A stretch of DNA of 32,559 nt from an uncultured Rhodopirellula sp. (lineage in GTDB: Bacteria > Planctomycetota > Planctomycetia > Pirellulales > Pirellulaceae), in the NCBI GenBank assembly GCA_964007735.1, contig CAXGAI010000049.1, forward strand, positions 1 through 32,559, written 5' to 3'. The translations under genes and the position numbers were made by a program. This document shows positions 9,634 through 17,954 of this stretch, piece by piece. The notes under the pieces were generated by a model. It was not told where the DNA came from, made no database searches, and saw only the letters and a list, made by a program, of their open reading frames with translations. Positions within the stretch are counted from its first letter, which is position 1; each line of letters begins with the position of its first letter.

Positions 9634-10506
9634 TTAGGCAGAAGCCTTTTGACTAGCCAAAGCTGACATTACACGCTCCGTGATCATCTGAATAAGGTGT
9701 TCCTGATCTTGACCAGACGCCGAAACGGGATTTGTACCCGCGTAACCGCCCATTGCCGGCGGAGCTTCAAACGTACGGCGGGATACACCCGAATTTTCCC
9801 AACTGTCTTTAAACACAGTATTCGCACACATATCGCAGTCCGAATATTCTTCCGCGCGAGGATCAGAGAAACCGAGCTTTGCCTTAAGATCTAACAACTC
9901 GCGTTGTTTGTCTTCCGTGAAGTAACTAATATTTCCGAGGCCTTTTGCCAGCATAAGCATGCGACAATAGGCATCCAGGATTTCAGTCCACCAGTACGCC
10001 TGCTCAACATCAGCACCATAGCTTACCGTACCATGGTTAGCCAGCACGATTACGTTCGTTTGATTTACAAATGGCAGAATGGTCTCAGCAAATGCTTTTC
10101 CGCCTGGTGTTTCATATCGCGTGATCGGTACGTCGCCGAGAAAAATCTCGACTTCCGGCAGTACACACTGCGGAATAGGCTCGCGAGCGATTGCAAAAGC
10201 GGTCGCGTGAGGCGGATGGCAATGCACGACACTCTTAATTTCAGGGCGTGCTTTATAGATTTCCAAATGCAATAACGCTTCACTAGATCTTTTTTTACGT
10301 CCCGCCGTCTGGTTACCATTCATATCGATGGTACAAATATCATCCGGTGTCAAAAACCCCTTCGAGTGCATCGTCGGAGTACACAGAACCTCATTATCGC
10401 TCACGCGGACGGAAATATTACCATCGTTCGCAGCGGCGAAGCCCTTATTGTAGATTCTGCGACCTATATCACAGATATCCTGTTTGACCTTAAATATGTT
10501 AGCCAT
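9634..10506 (-). CDS. Class II aldolase (fuculose/rhamnulose-1-phosphate aldolase-like), BMC signature enzyme
   Basis: Motifs DGNIS, SSE..LHL.IY, HCHP, LANHG; C-terminal amphipathic helix QEHLIQMITERVMSAL after a flexible linker. Confidence 0.92.
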   Translation of the reverse strand: MANIFKVKQDICDIGRRIYNKGFAAANDGNISVRVSDNEVLCTPTMHSKGFLTPDDICTIDMNGNQTAGRKKRSSEALLHLEIYKARPEIKSVVHCHPPHATAFAIAREPIPQCVLPEVEIFLGDVPITRYETPGGKAFAETILPFVNQTNVIVLANHGTVSYGADVEQAYWWTEILDAYCRMLMLAKGLGNISYFTEDKQRELLDLKAKLGFSDPRAEEYSDCDMCANTVFKDSWENSGVSRRTFEAPPAMGGYAGTNPVSASGQDQEHLIQMITERVMSALASQKASA

Positions 10507-10535
10507 TGTTACGTTTCTCCTAATTTCAATAGCAA

Positions 10536-10817
10536 TTAACTGACATCAAGTTCATCTAAAATTGCGGCATTATAGGCATCCACCGGTTTCAAAGCCGGCC
10601 GAAATGGCTGTGCCGCTTCGCCACCCTCACTGAGAGCCACGAGATCACCATTTCCAGCCCCTAATTCGTCCCACATGACTAAAAAGTCAGCGGAATTTGT
10701 ATCTTTACGTCGGAGTTCATTCAGATTTAGCGGCACCACCGCCTTCAGTGTTGCGGCTTCAAACTCAGCAACACTTTGATTGAGCGTGACTGTCCCTATT
10801 ACTTTTGCAAACCTCAC
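10536..10817 (-). CDS. BMC pentamer (vertex) shell protein, EutN/CcmL family
   Basis: GTG start at 10817 after a GGGAGGGAG RBS gives MRFAKVIGTVTL...DELGAGNGDLV...PVDAYNAAILD. The longer 10862 start is unlikely. Confidence 0.88.
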   Translation of the reverse strand: MRFAKVIGTVTLNQSVAEFEAATLKAVVPLNLNELRRKDTNSADFLVMWDELGAGNGDLVALSEGGEAAQPFRPALKPVDAYNAAILDELDVS

Positions 10818-10836
10818 CGTGAAACTCCCTCCCCAT

Positions 10837-11484
10837 TCAAAGCCAAGCCGGTATGGCGGCATATTGCTGATTCAAAAACACTTCAATCACCCTAGGCAAC
10901 TGCCATGCGACGCCAGCTCTGGACGAGACCACCAGCACGTTCGCAGCCGTCGCCTCACATCGTTGTTCTACAGCGCCCGGTTTCTCAAGCGACAAAACCT
11001 CAACAGGCCGTATCGTTGAAATTCGGCTGAGTGCAACGACCGCCACTTCCGGTACCTTTGTCATAAGGACAATACGCTGCCCTTCTTCACATAGACCTGC
11101 GATCTCCTGGCTAGCCTTAATAACGCAGTCGAACCTCCTTGGATTGCCAAGCAAGGAGCGTACGCCCGATGGAATTTGGTCGTCACATTCCACCATAAAC
11201 AAACTCGCCATTAACGAACTATCTAGTGCCTCGGTACCCTGAACCGACTCACGACGAAGTACCACTCCGCGTTCCCGGAACAAATCTTTAGCAGCCGGTG
11301 TAATCACGGCATCAGACCGAACCATCACTACCCCGACAGACGGTCCGACGGCCGTCACTTGTGCCGTTGTTATTACTCTGTCATGCAACGTCTCGGACGA
11401 ATTCTGCGGCGTTAACGAATATTGATTCACCAGACGCGTTACCACTTCATCGATCACTACCTGCATTTCTTGTGGTTTAAGCAT
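10837..11484 (-). CDS. PVM-locus hypothetical protein (N-terminal encapsulation-like helix, ITPAA motif, degenerate RpiB-like C-terminus)
   Basis: The ATG at 11484 overlaps the upstream TAA (TAATG). It lies between two BMC-P genes and carries VITPAAKDLFRERGV. The RpiB-like call is inference. Confidence 0.75.
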   Translation of the reverse strand: MLKPQEMQVVIDEVVTRLVNQYSLTPQNSSETLHDRVITTAQVTAVGPSVGVVMVRSDAVITPAAKDLFRERGVVLRRESVQGTEALDSSLMASLFMVECDDQIPSGVRSLLGNPRRFDCVIKASQEIAGLCEEGQRIVLMTKVPEVAVVALSRISTIRPVEVLSLEKPGAVEQRCEATAANVLVVSSRAGVAWQLPRVIEVFLNQQYAAIPAWL

Positions 11485-11741
11485 TAGTCCTTGATACCTA
11501 TCGCAGACCATCTGGCCGGGGTGGCTTCGGCATGAAGCCTTTCCCGCATGGCTTTCCCATCGGATGTGATGATGATCGTATCCCCTTTGCCGGCTCCCAC
11601 GCTATCAATCGCCAGCAACGGGAATCCATCCGGGGTCGTCCCATCCGATAAATACGGCTGCACAATTAGCATTTTTGATCCCACCATGGAATCATGCTTA
11701 ATCGTGGACACGACCGTGCCCAAAACAAGAGCTTCTTGCAT
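11484..11741 (-). CDS. BMC pentamer shell protein, EutN/CcmL family
   Basis: MQEALVLGTVVSTIKH...AIDSVGAGKGD...SDGK...IGIKD. Confidence 0.93.
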   Translation of the reverse strand: MQEALVLGTVVSTIKHDSMVGSKMLIVQPYLSDGTTPDGFPLLAIDSVGAGKGDTIIITSDGKAMRERLHAEATPARWSAIGIKD

Positions 11742-11750
11742 AACTCTTTC

Positions 11751-13187
11751 CTACCGCCCTAAAACGTGTAAATTATCAATCAGCGAACATCTGCGCTCTC
11801 GCGTAAATGTCAATGGCGTGGTGACACCTTCACCGGTTGGTCCGGCAATAGAAAAGGAAATATACCCTTCCCCTCCCAGCCCCAAGCCAGCCATACAAGG
11901 GCCATTTTTCACAAAAATGGTAGTATCCAATGCCTTCGCCATCTTGGTCATATTGCTAACATTGTTCGAGTGAATGATGGCTGTATGTCGAAATCCATGT
12001 TCATAGATTTTGGCCAACTCGATGCCTTCATCTATATCACGCACTCTGACAAATGGCACAAAGGGCATCATCTGTTCGACCGTGACAAAGGGGTGATACT
12101 GATCCGTCTCGCCGAACAACAACTCCGTGTTTTCAGCGACGTTAAGGCCCGCTCCCTGGGCCAGCACGCTGGCATCCTTACCCAAGTATTGTTTTGATGG
12201 TGCATCATGGTTATCGTCACCAACTTGTACAATCGCCTGACTCGTTAACTGATCGACCTGTCCGGGATTCAAGCGAGCCGCACCAGCCCGTGACATAGCA
12301 TCCATCATTTTGTCGAAGACTGATTCCACGACGAAGACTTCTTTCTCAGCAATACACAGCAGATTATTGTCGAATGCTGCGCCCTGAATAATGGACAAGG
12401 CGGCGCGATCAAGATCGGCTGTTTCGTCGACCACCACGGGAGGATTACCTGGCCCGGCAACCACAGCCCGTTTTCCGCTGTTGAGTGCTGCTCTAGCTAC
12501 TGCGGGGCCGCCGGTTACACAAATAATTGCAACGTCGCGATGCTTAAAAATAATATCGGCTGTTTCGAGTGTAGGCTCCGCCATCACACAGATTAAATTA
12601 TCGATACCAAGGTCATCATAAATCGCCTTATTGAATCTTCGCACACCTTCGGCAGCAACTTTCTTTCCGCTGGGATGAGGATTCACGACCACAGTGTTTC
12701 CAGCTGCGATCATGCTCACCGCATTGCCTGTGATCGTGGGAAGAGAGTGCGTAACAGGTGTGATGGCTCCCACAACTCCAAACGGTGCATGTTCTACCAC
12801 TGCCAGGCCATGGTCACCCGAAAACACTTCGCTACGCATAAATTCAACACCTGGAGAAAGCATCCCTAGTGTTTTCAACTTATCTATCTTGTGTTCTAAG
12901 CGACCAATCTGAGTTTCGTTCATTTCCATCGTTCCCAATTCGACACATTGTTCGATGGAAATACGACGAATATGGGCAATGATCTTTTTGCGATCCTCCA
13001 TTGTCATCGTTTGGAGTTGTTCGAATGCTGCTCTCGCTGCCTGAACGGCTTCATTGGCGTCATGAAACACGCCGTGCCGCCCGACAAGGCTGCCTCCGGA
13101 AACGACCGGAGCTCTACCAACTTCGGCTAATACCTGACTTACCACATCTCGAATTAAATTTTCACTGATCTGCATTTTCATACTCAC
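11751..13187 (-). CDS. CoA-acylating aldehyde dehydrogenase (PduP/EutE family)
   Basis: Motifs APFGVVGAITPVTH, VTGGP, AGPGNPP, FDNNLLCIAEK (catalytic Cys), EHGFRHTA, GPTGEG; N-terminal encapsulation peptide. Confidence 0.95.
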   Translation of the reverse strand: MSMKMQISENLIRDVVSQVLAEVGRAPVVSGGSLVGRHGVFHDANEAVQAARAAFEQLQTMTMEDRKKIIAHIRRISIEQCVELGTMEMNETQIGRLEHKIDKLKTLGMLSPGVEFMRSEVFSGDHGLAVVEHAPFGVVGAITPVTHSLPTITGNAVSMIAAGNTVVVNPHPSGKKVAAEGVRRFNKAIYDDLGIDNLICVMAEPTLETADIIFKHRDVAIICVTGGPAVARAALNSGKRAVVAGPGNPPVVVDETADLDRAALSIIQGAAFDNNLLCIAEKEVFVVESVFDKMMDAMSRAGAARLNPGQVDQLTSQAIVQVGDDNHDAPSKQYLGKDASVLAQGAGLNVAENTELLFGETDQYHPFVTVEQMMPFVPFVRVRDIDEGIELAKIYEHGFRHTAIIHSNNVSNMTKMAKALDTTIFVKNGPCMAGLGLGGEGYISFSIAGPTGEGVTTPLTFTRERRCSLIDNLHVLGR

Positions 13188-13217
13188 TTGCAGTTAAACG
13201 TTTCTCCACGTTCGCAA

Positions 13218-13535
13218 TTATGTTTCATTTTCGCGGTGATAAACACATCCGTTATCTACGTGAACCTGATCCACAATTCCGATTACCACAGCGTCAATAG
13301 GAAGCTTACTTGTCCCTTCGGTCATCCGGGCACTTGAGCCCTGTGTGAGCAACACAAAATCATCCACACCTGCACCGAGCGTGTCCACAGCCACAAATGT
13401 CCGGCCTGTAGTTGCCAGACTTTTCCGATGTTTGGCCTCAAGCCTATACGGCTCGACTACTAAAAGCTTATGCCCAACCATTGTTTCCACTTTTTGAGTG
13501 GAAACCACGGTCCCGGTAACTCTGGCTACGAACAT
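13218..13535 (-). CDS. BMC pentamer shell protein, EutN/CcmL family
   Basis: MFVARVTGTVVSTQK...AVDTLGAG...QGSSAR...PIDAVVIGIVD. Confidence 0.95.
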   Translation of the reverse strand: MFVARVTGTVVSTQKVETMVGHKLLVVEPYRLEAKHRKSLATTGRTFVAVDTLGAGVDDFVLLTQGSSARMTEGTSKLPIDAVVIGIVDQVHVDNGCVYHRENET

Positions 13536-14723
13536 CTAACTACCTTCCAATAACGCTTTTGTTTGACGAGCAACGATGATTTCTTCGTTCGTAGGAACGA
13601 CCCAGATATCAACCTTGCTCTGCTGACTGCTAATTTTGGTTTCCCCGGTGACGCTGAGATTAGCCGAATCACATAATTCAATGCCAAACGCCTCCAGATC
13701 CGCACAAATGCGTTTCCGGACTTGTTCTCCGTTTTCGCCTATTCCGCCGGTGAAGACGATTGCGTCTGCTCCACCAAGTTCCAACAGCAGGCCGCCCAAA
13801 TGGCGTCGGGTTTCAGAGATAAAGATATCCAGTCCTAACTGAGCATCCTGGTTTCCTGCAGCAGCTGCTTCCTCTAAATCCCGGCAATCTCCACTTGTTC
13901 CGCTCACACCAGCAAGACCGCTCTGGTTTGCCAGGTATTCAAGAACTTCGTCGAGACTGAGACCTGTTTTTTTGATAATGACCGGCAAAGCGAAAGGATC
14001 GAAATCACCTACACGATTATTGTGAGGCAGACCCGACTGAGGACTCATTCCCATCGTCGTGGCGACACTTTGGCCGTTGCGACTTGCGCAAAGACTGCTA
14101 GAGCCACCGAGATGACAGGACACAATCCGCAGATCATCACGCTGTAGGATTTCTGACAAGCGTCCGGATATATACCGGTGACTGGCCCCATGAAATCCCC
14201 ATTTCCTCACGTAAAACTCGTCCGCCCACTTTCGCGGGATGGCGTAGTGCTTATTACGATTTGGAATCGTTTCGTGATACCCTGTTTCAAAAGCAGCAAT
14301 GAGTGGTATCTCAGGCAATTTATCGGCAAGTTGCCGCATAGCCTTGATGTAAGGAGGGTTATGAGCCGGTGCAACACCGCTCATTTCCTCCATCGCATCA
14401 AGCACTTCGTGCGTCACTTTTTGTACTCCGCTAAAACGGCCGCCGTGGACTGCCTTGAATCCAATTGCTACAACTTCACTTGTATCGGCCAAACATCCAT
14501 GCTCCGGATCTGTCAATTGCTCCAGACATTGCCTGACTGCAACACTATGATCCGGCACCTGAAGAGTGAGCTCAGTCTTTTTTCCGCCAATCTCCACAAA
14601 GCAATCGCTTTGCTCCGAGCCGATTCGCTCGATACCACCCCGAGCCAATTGCAGCTCAGTGTCCATATCGAACAAACGGTACTTAAAACTGGTGGAGCCA
14701 AGATTGGCTACTAAGATCTTCAT
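13536..14723 (-). CDS. ackA: Acetate/propionate kinase family protein
   Basis: Motifs [49 protein letters not shown]. Confidence 0.93.
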   Translation of the reverse strand: MKILVANLGSTSFKYRLFDMDTELQLARGGIERIGSEQSDCFVEIGGKKTELTLQVPDHSVAVRQCLEQLTDPEHGCLADTSEVVAIGFKAVHGGRFSGVQKVTHEVLDAMEEMSGVAPAHNPPYIKAMRQLADKLPEIPLIAAFETGYHETIPNRNKHYAIPRKWADEFYVRKWGFHGASHRYISGRLSEILQRDDLRIVSCHLGGSSSLCASRNGQSVATTMGMSPQSGLPHNNRVGDFDPFALPVIIKKTGLSLDEVLEYLANQSGLAGVSGTSGDCRDLEEAAAAGNQDAQLGLDIFISETRRHLGGLLLELGGADAIVFTGGIGENGEQVRKRICADLEAFGIELCDSANLSVTGETKISSQQSKVDIWVVPTNEEIIVARQTKALLEGS

Positions 14724-14757
14724 CTATTGAATCCTTTCCTAAATCTCTCGAGACGCT

Positions 14758-15027
14758 TTAGTTAAAAAACGCCCCAGACAATCCTTCTGCCGGACGAGGG
14801 ATAACGTGACTGGAGATGAGTTCTCCAATCTGGCTGGCTGCACCAGCACCAGCTTCCACTGCTGCCCGAACGCTACCAACGTCACCTGAAACGATTGTGG
14901 TAACTAAACCACCACCGATATCCACTCGTTTTACAACTTCAACATTGGCGGCTTTGCTCATCGCATCCGTCGCTTCGACGAGACCGATCAACCCGCGTGT
15001 TTCTACTAAACCAATTGCACTTTGCAT
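14758..15027 (-). CDS. BMC hexamer shell protein (BMC-H)
   Basis: AIGLVETRG...DAMSKAANV...GDVGSVRAAVEAG...HVIPRP. Confidence 0.96.
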   Translation of the reverse strand: MQSAIGLVETRGLIGLVEATDAMSKAANVEVVKRVDIGGGLVTTIVSGDVGSVRAAVEAGAGAASQIGELISSHVIPRPAEGLSGAFFN

Positions 15028-15075
15028 CGTTAAGTTTCCTTATAAATTACAGAATTAAAAAACCTCTGGTTCAAA

Positions 15076-15378
15076 CTAGCTCTTAGCCGTTTTTTTCACC
15101 GGGCTCTTAATTACCTTTGCGACGTCAGCGTGAGGACGAGGGATCACCTGAACACTTACCACTTCGCCAACACGACCTGCAGCATTTGCCCCAGCATCTG
15201 TGGCGGCTTTCACTGCAGCCACGTCGCCGGTAACGAACGTGCTCACTAAACCAGAGCCAACTTTATCCCAACCAAGGAACTCAACATTGGCTGCTTTCAT
15301 CATTGCGTCGGATGCTTCGACCAGGGCTACAAAGCCCTTCACTTCGATCATGCCCAACGCTCCCATAGCAGTTGCCAT
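15076..15378 (-). CDS. BMC hexamer shell protein (BMC-H)
   Basis: ALGMIEVKG...DAMMKAANV...[13 protein letters not shown]...VIPRPH. Confidence 0.96.
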   Translation of the reverse strand: MATAMGALGMIEVKGFVALVEASDAMMKAANVEFLGWDKVGSGLVSTFVTGDVAAVKAATDAGANAAGRVGEVVSVQVIPRPHADVAKVIKSPVKKTAKS

Positions 15379-15502
15379 TTCTTACTCTCCAAGTAAAAGT
15401 GACGCGGGAATCGGCCAACTTGAAAAAGTTGAGACAAACCTAATCCCCAATACAATCTACGTTTCTCCTGATTTCTCAGAATCTCTCTCTTCCGTTTGCC
15501 TC

Positions 15503-16279
15503 TCAATGTGAATCACAGGCACACGGTTGTTTCTTCATTAATTCAAATCCGGTAGCCGCATTTAGGTTGCAGGCATTTCCTTCATCTGTATCGATATGAA
15601 CTTCCAATTTCACGCTGTCGGAAGCACGCACCTTCAAGTCTTCAAGGACCATCGAACAGGCTGGCGACTCGATCCTAAGATCCATCATGGTCCCGTCCTC
15701 GACACCGTAATAAGAAAGATCGGCGGTATTCATATGGACGTGACGTGCTGCTCTGATGACCCCTTGGTCTAAGTGCACTACTCCCGAGGGACCAACTAAC
15801 ACGCATCCGGGTGTGCCAGCGATATCGCCACTATGACGAACCGGTATCTCCAGGCCTAGCTGAACAGCATCCGTATAGGCGAGTTCAATTTGACTTTCCG
15901 ATCGTGTGGGTCCCAATACGCGAACATTCGGAAGCATACGCTTACGCGGACCCACGACCATCAGGGTCTCTTCGGCCGCAAAATAACCGTCTTGGTACAA
16001 CCACTTCATTGGTGTCAAGGTATGTCCCGGGCCAAATAAAGTTTCCACATCGCGGTCCGATAAATGAATATGCCGCGCTGATACGTTCACCACTAATTGA
16101 GGTTCATCGTTGTTGTAGGGCGTAAGGCTCGCCGGAACAGATCGAGTCGCACCGGAAACCGCGATCCTAGCAGAAGAATCCTGATTACTTGCGACAACCT
16201 CACGAACGATTTGTTCGACAAGTCCCCGATCAAGACCCTCAGCGGATAACATTGGGTTCGCTACTACTTCCGCACTCAC
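15503..16279 (-). CDS. pduL: Phosphate propanoyltransferase (PduL-type phosphotransacylase)
   Basis: Motifs VSARHIHLS, VRVLGP.R..SQIE, ARHVHM, HIDTDEGNA; N-terminal encapsulation peptide. Confidence 0.95.
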   Translation of the reverse strand: MSAEVVANPMLSAEGLDRGLVEQIVREVVASNQDSSARIAVSGATRSVPASLTPYNNDEPQLVVNVSARHIHLSDRDVETLFGPGHTLTPMKWLYQDGYFAAEETLMVVGPRKRMLPNVRVLGPTRSESQIELAYTDAVQLGLEIPVRHSGDIAGTPGCVLVGPSGVVHLDQGVIRAARHVHMNTADLSYYGVEDGTMMDLRIESPACSMVLEDLKVRASDSVKLEVHIDTDEGNACNLNAATGFELMKKQPCACDSH

Positions 16280-16282
16280 AAT

Positions 16283-17074
16283 TTATTCCTCGTTTGCTAT
16301 TTCAGTTTGTTTATCAGTTGCCGCGATGTGAACCTGCACATCAGCTGCCTCCAGTTTTTCCACCCATTGAGTCTCAATACCGTCATCAATCACGATGGAG
16401 TCCAATTGTTCTAACTCACACATTAATGCGAGGCTCGACCGACCGAACTTTGTGCTGTCTGCCACAACCATCACCGAATCAGCCGCTTTGCACATCGCCC
16501 GCTCTGTCTCCACTAACAACAGGTTGCTATTAAAAACACCGCGTTCGGTAATGCCGGCTACACTGATGATCGCTTTCTGTACATTCAATTCTGCCAACAT
16601 CAAATTCGCATAGGGCCCCACCGACACTCCGGTGCGACCATGTACGTAACCACCTATCAATACCAAATCCGATCCATCACCTGACGTGAACAAAGTCGCA
16701 ACCGGCAATGAATTCGTAACTACTTGAAGTGGCCGACCGATTAATAGACTTGCAAGTTCATACGTGGTCGAACCGCCATCCAGTAATAATGTGTCACCAT
16801 CCTCTATCAACTCGGCTGCGAGCCTAGCGATCGCTTGCTTACGACCGAATTGTTGCTGCTGACGATGATCGAAATGTGGTAACTTCGGACTAGGGCCTGT
16901 GTAGAACACACCACCATGGGTGCGACGCACACTACCTAACCTCTCCAGATAACCTAGGTCACGCCGCACTGTTGATCCGGAAACTTTCAATAAATTCGCT
17001 AAATTAGGCAACGTAGAGAAGCCGTCCAGCCGAATTAATTCTAATAATCGATTTCTTCGTTCTTCCGAACCCAT
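16283..17074 (-). CDS. DeoR/GlpR family transcriptional regulator (first gene of BMC operon)
   Basis: N-terminal HTH (VSGSTVRRDL...RTHGG); sensor-domain motifs LDGGSTT, VVTNS, ADSTKFG. Confidence 0.95.
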   Translation of the reverse strand: MGSEERRNRLLELIRLDGFSTLPNLANLLKVSGSTVRRDLGYLERLGSVRRTHGGVFYTGPSPKLPHFDHRQQQQFGRKQAIARLAAELIEDGDTLLLDGGSTTYELASLLIGRPLQVVTNSLPVATLFTSGDGSDLVLIGGYVHGRTGVSVGPYANLMLAELNVQKAIISVAGITERGVFNSNLLLVETERAMCKAADSVMVVADSTKFGRSSLALMCELEQLDSIVIDDGIETQWVEKLEAADVQVHIAATDKQTEIANEE

Positions 17075-17124
17075 AGCTAGCCAACACCCAGGGAGTGACC
17101 CTATTTGAGAATGAAAAATATTTC

Positions 17125-17225
17125 TACACGATGATCAGATTTAACCATATACGTTGATCATTTATGATTAAATTATATCGCGTTTTGCACAGTTTTGGTC
17201 ATATATGTGCACATTTTAATTCACC
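17125..17225. promoter_or_regulatory. AT-rich promoter/operator region of the BMC operon with repeated TGATCA-like hexamers
   Basis: TGATCA at 17132 and 17155, TAACCA at 17142, TGATTA at 17165, TGCACA at 17186, TGGTCA at 17196, and palindrome ATGTGCACAT at 17205-17214, upstream of the DeoR gene. Confidence 0.45.
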
Positions 17226-17326
17226 GTGGGGGGCAAAGATGCATTTAAAGCTTGAAATAAAGCGTTTTAGCCAGTTTTCGTCTGCATGAAAACTTAAAGA
17301 ATGTGATGTTTTGGTTGAGAATCAAC

Positions 17327-17950
17327 CTAAGAAATGATCACTTTACGATCGTGAACCTGGATACGGCCTGCGGACAACCATTGTAAAGCGGTAGGATAAG
17401 CCTCGCATTCGGCCTCGAATACGCGAGCCGCGACATCGTCCGATCGATCCTCTGGCTGGATAGATACCGTCCGCTGGAGAATAATAGGGCCATGATCAAA
17501 TTCATTGTCCACGAAATGCACGGTACAACCAGTTATCTTAGCCCCGTAAGCAACCACCGCATCATGCACATAGTGTCCGTACATTCCCTGTCCGCAAAAC
17601 GCCGGGATCAGACTTGGGTGAATATTGACTACCCTATTTTCGAAATCGGCAGGGATTAAGACGTGTTTTAGGAAACCTGCCATGACGACATATTTGACGC
17701 CGGCTTCACGACAGGGAGCGAACATCGCCTCGCAATAATCTTCAGGCTTTTCGTAATCGCCTTTTTGAACGACAAGTTCCGGCACGCCTGCCTTACGAGC
17801 GTATTGCAAACCGGCGGCGGAGGCCTTGCTGGCAATCACAAGCTTGATATCTACCTGCAAAAACCCTAGCTCTATTTTTTTAAGGAGATTACGTAATGTC
17901 GTACCACCACCTGATATCCAGACAGCAATCGGCAACCGTTCTCTCATCAC
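17327..17950 (-). CDS. purN: Phosphoribosylglycinamide formyltransferase
   Basis: Motifs ISGGGTTL, MAGF, NIHPSLIP, GCTVHFVDNEFDHGPII. Confidence 0.96.
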   Translation of the reverse strand: MMRERLPIAVWISGGGTTLRNLLKKIELGFLQVDIKLVIASKASAAGLQYARKAGVPELVVQKGDYEKPEDYCEAMFAPCREAGVKYVVMAGFLKHVLIPADFENRVVNIHPSLIPAFCGQGMYGHYVHDAVVAYGAKITGCTVHFVDNEFDHGPIILQRTVSIQPEDRSDDVAARVFEAECEAYPTALQWLSAGRIQVHDRKVIIS

Positions 17951-17954
17951 TCCA

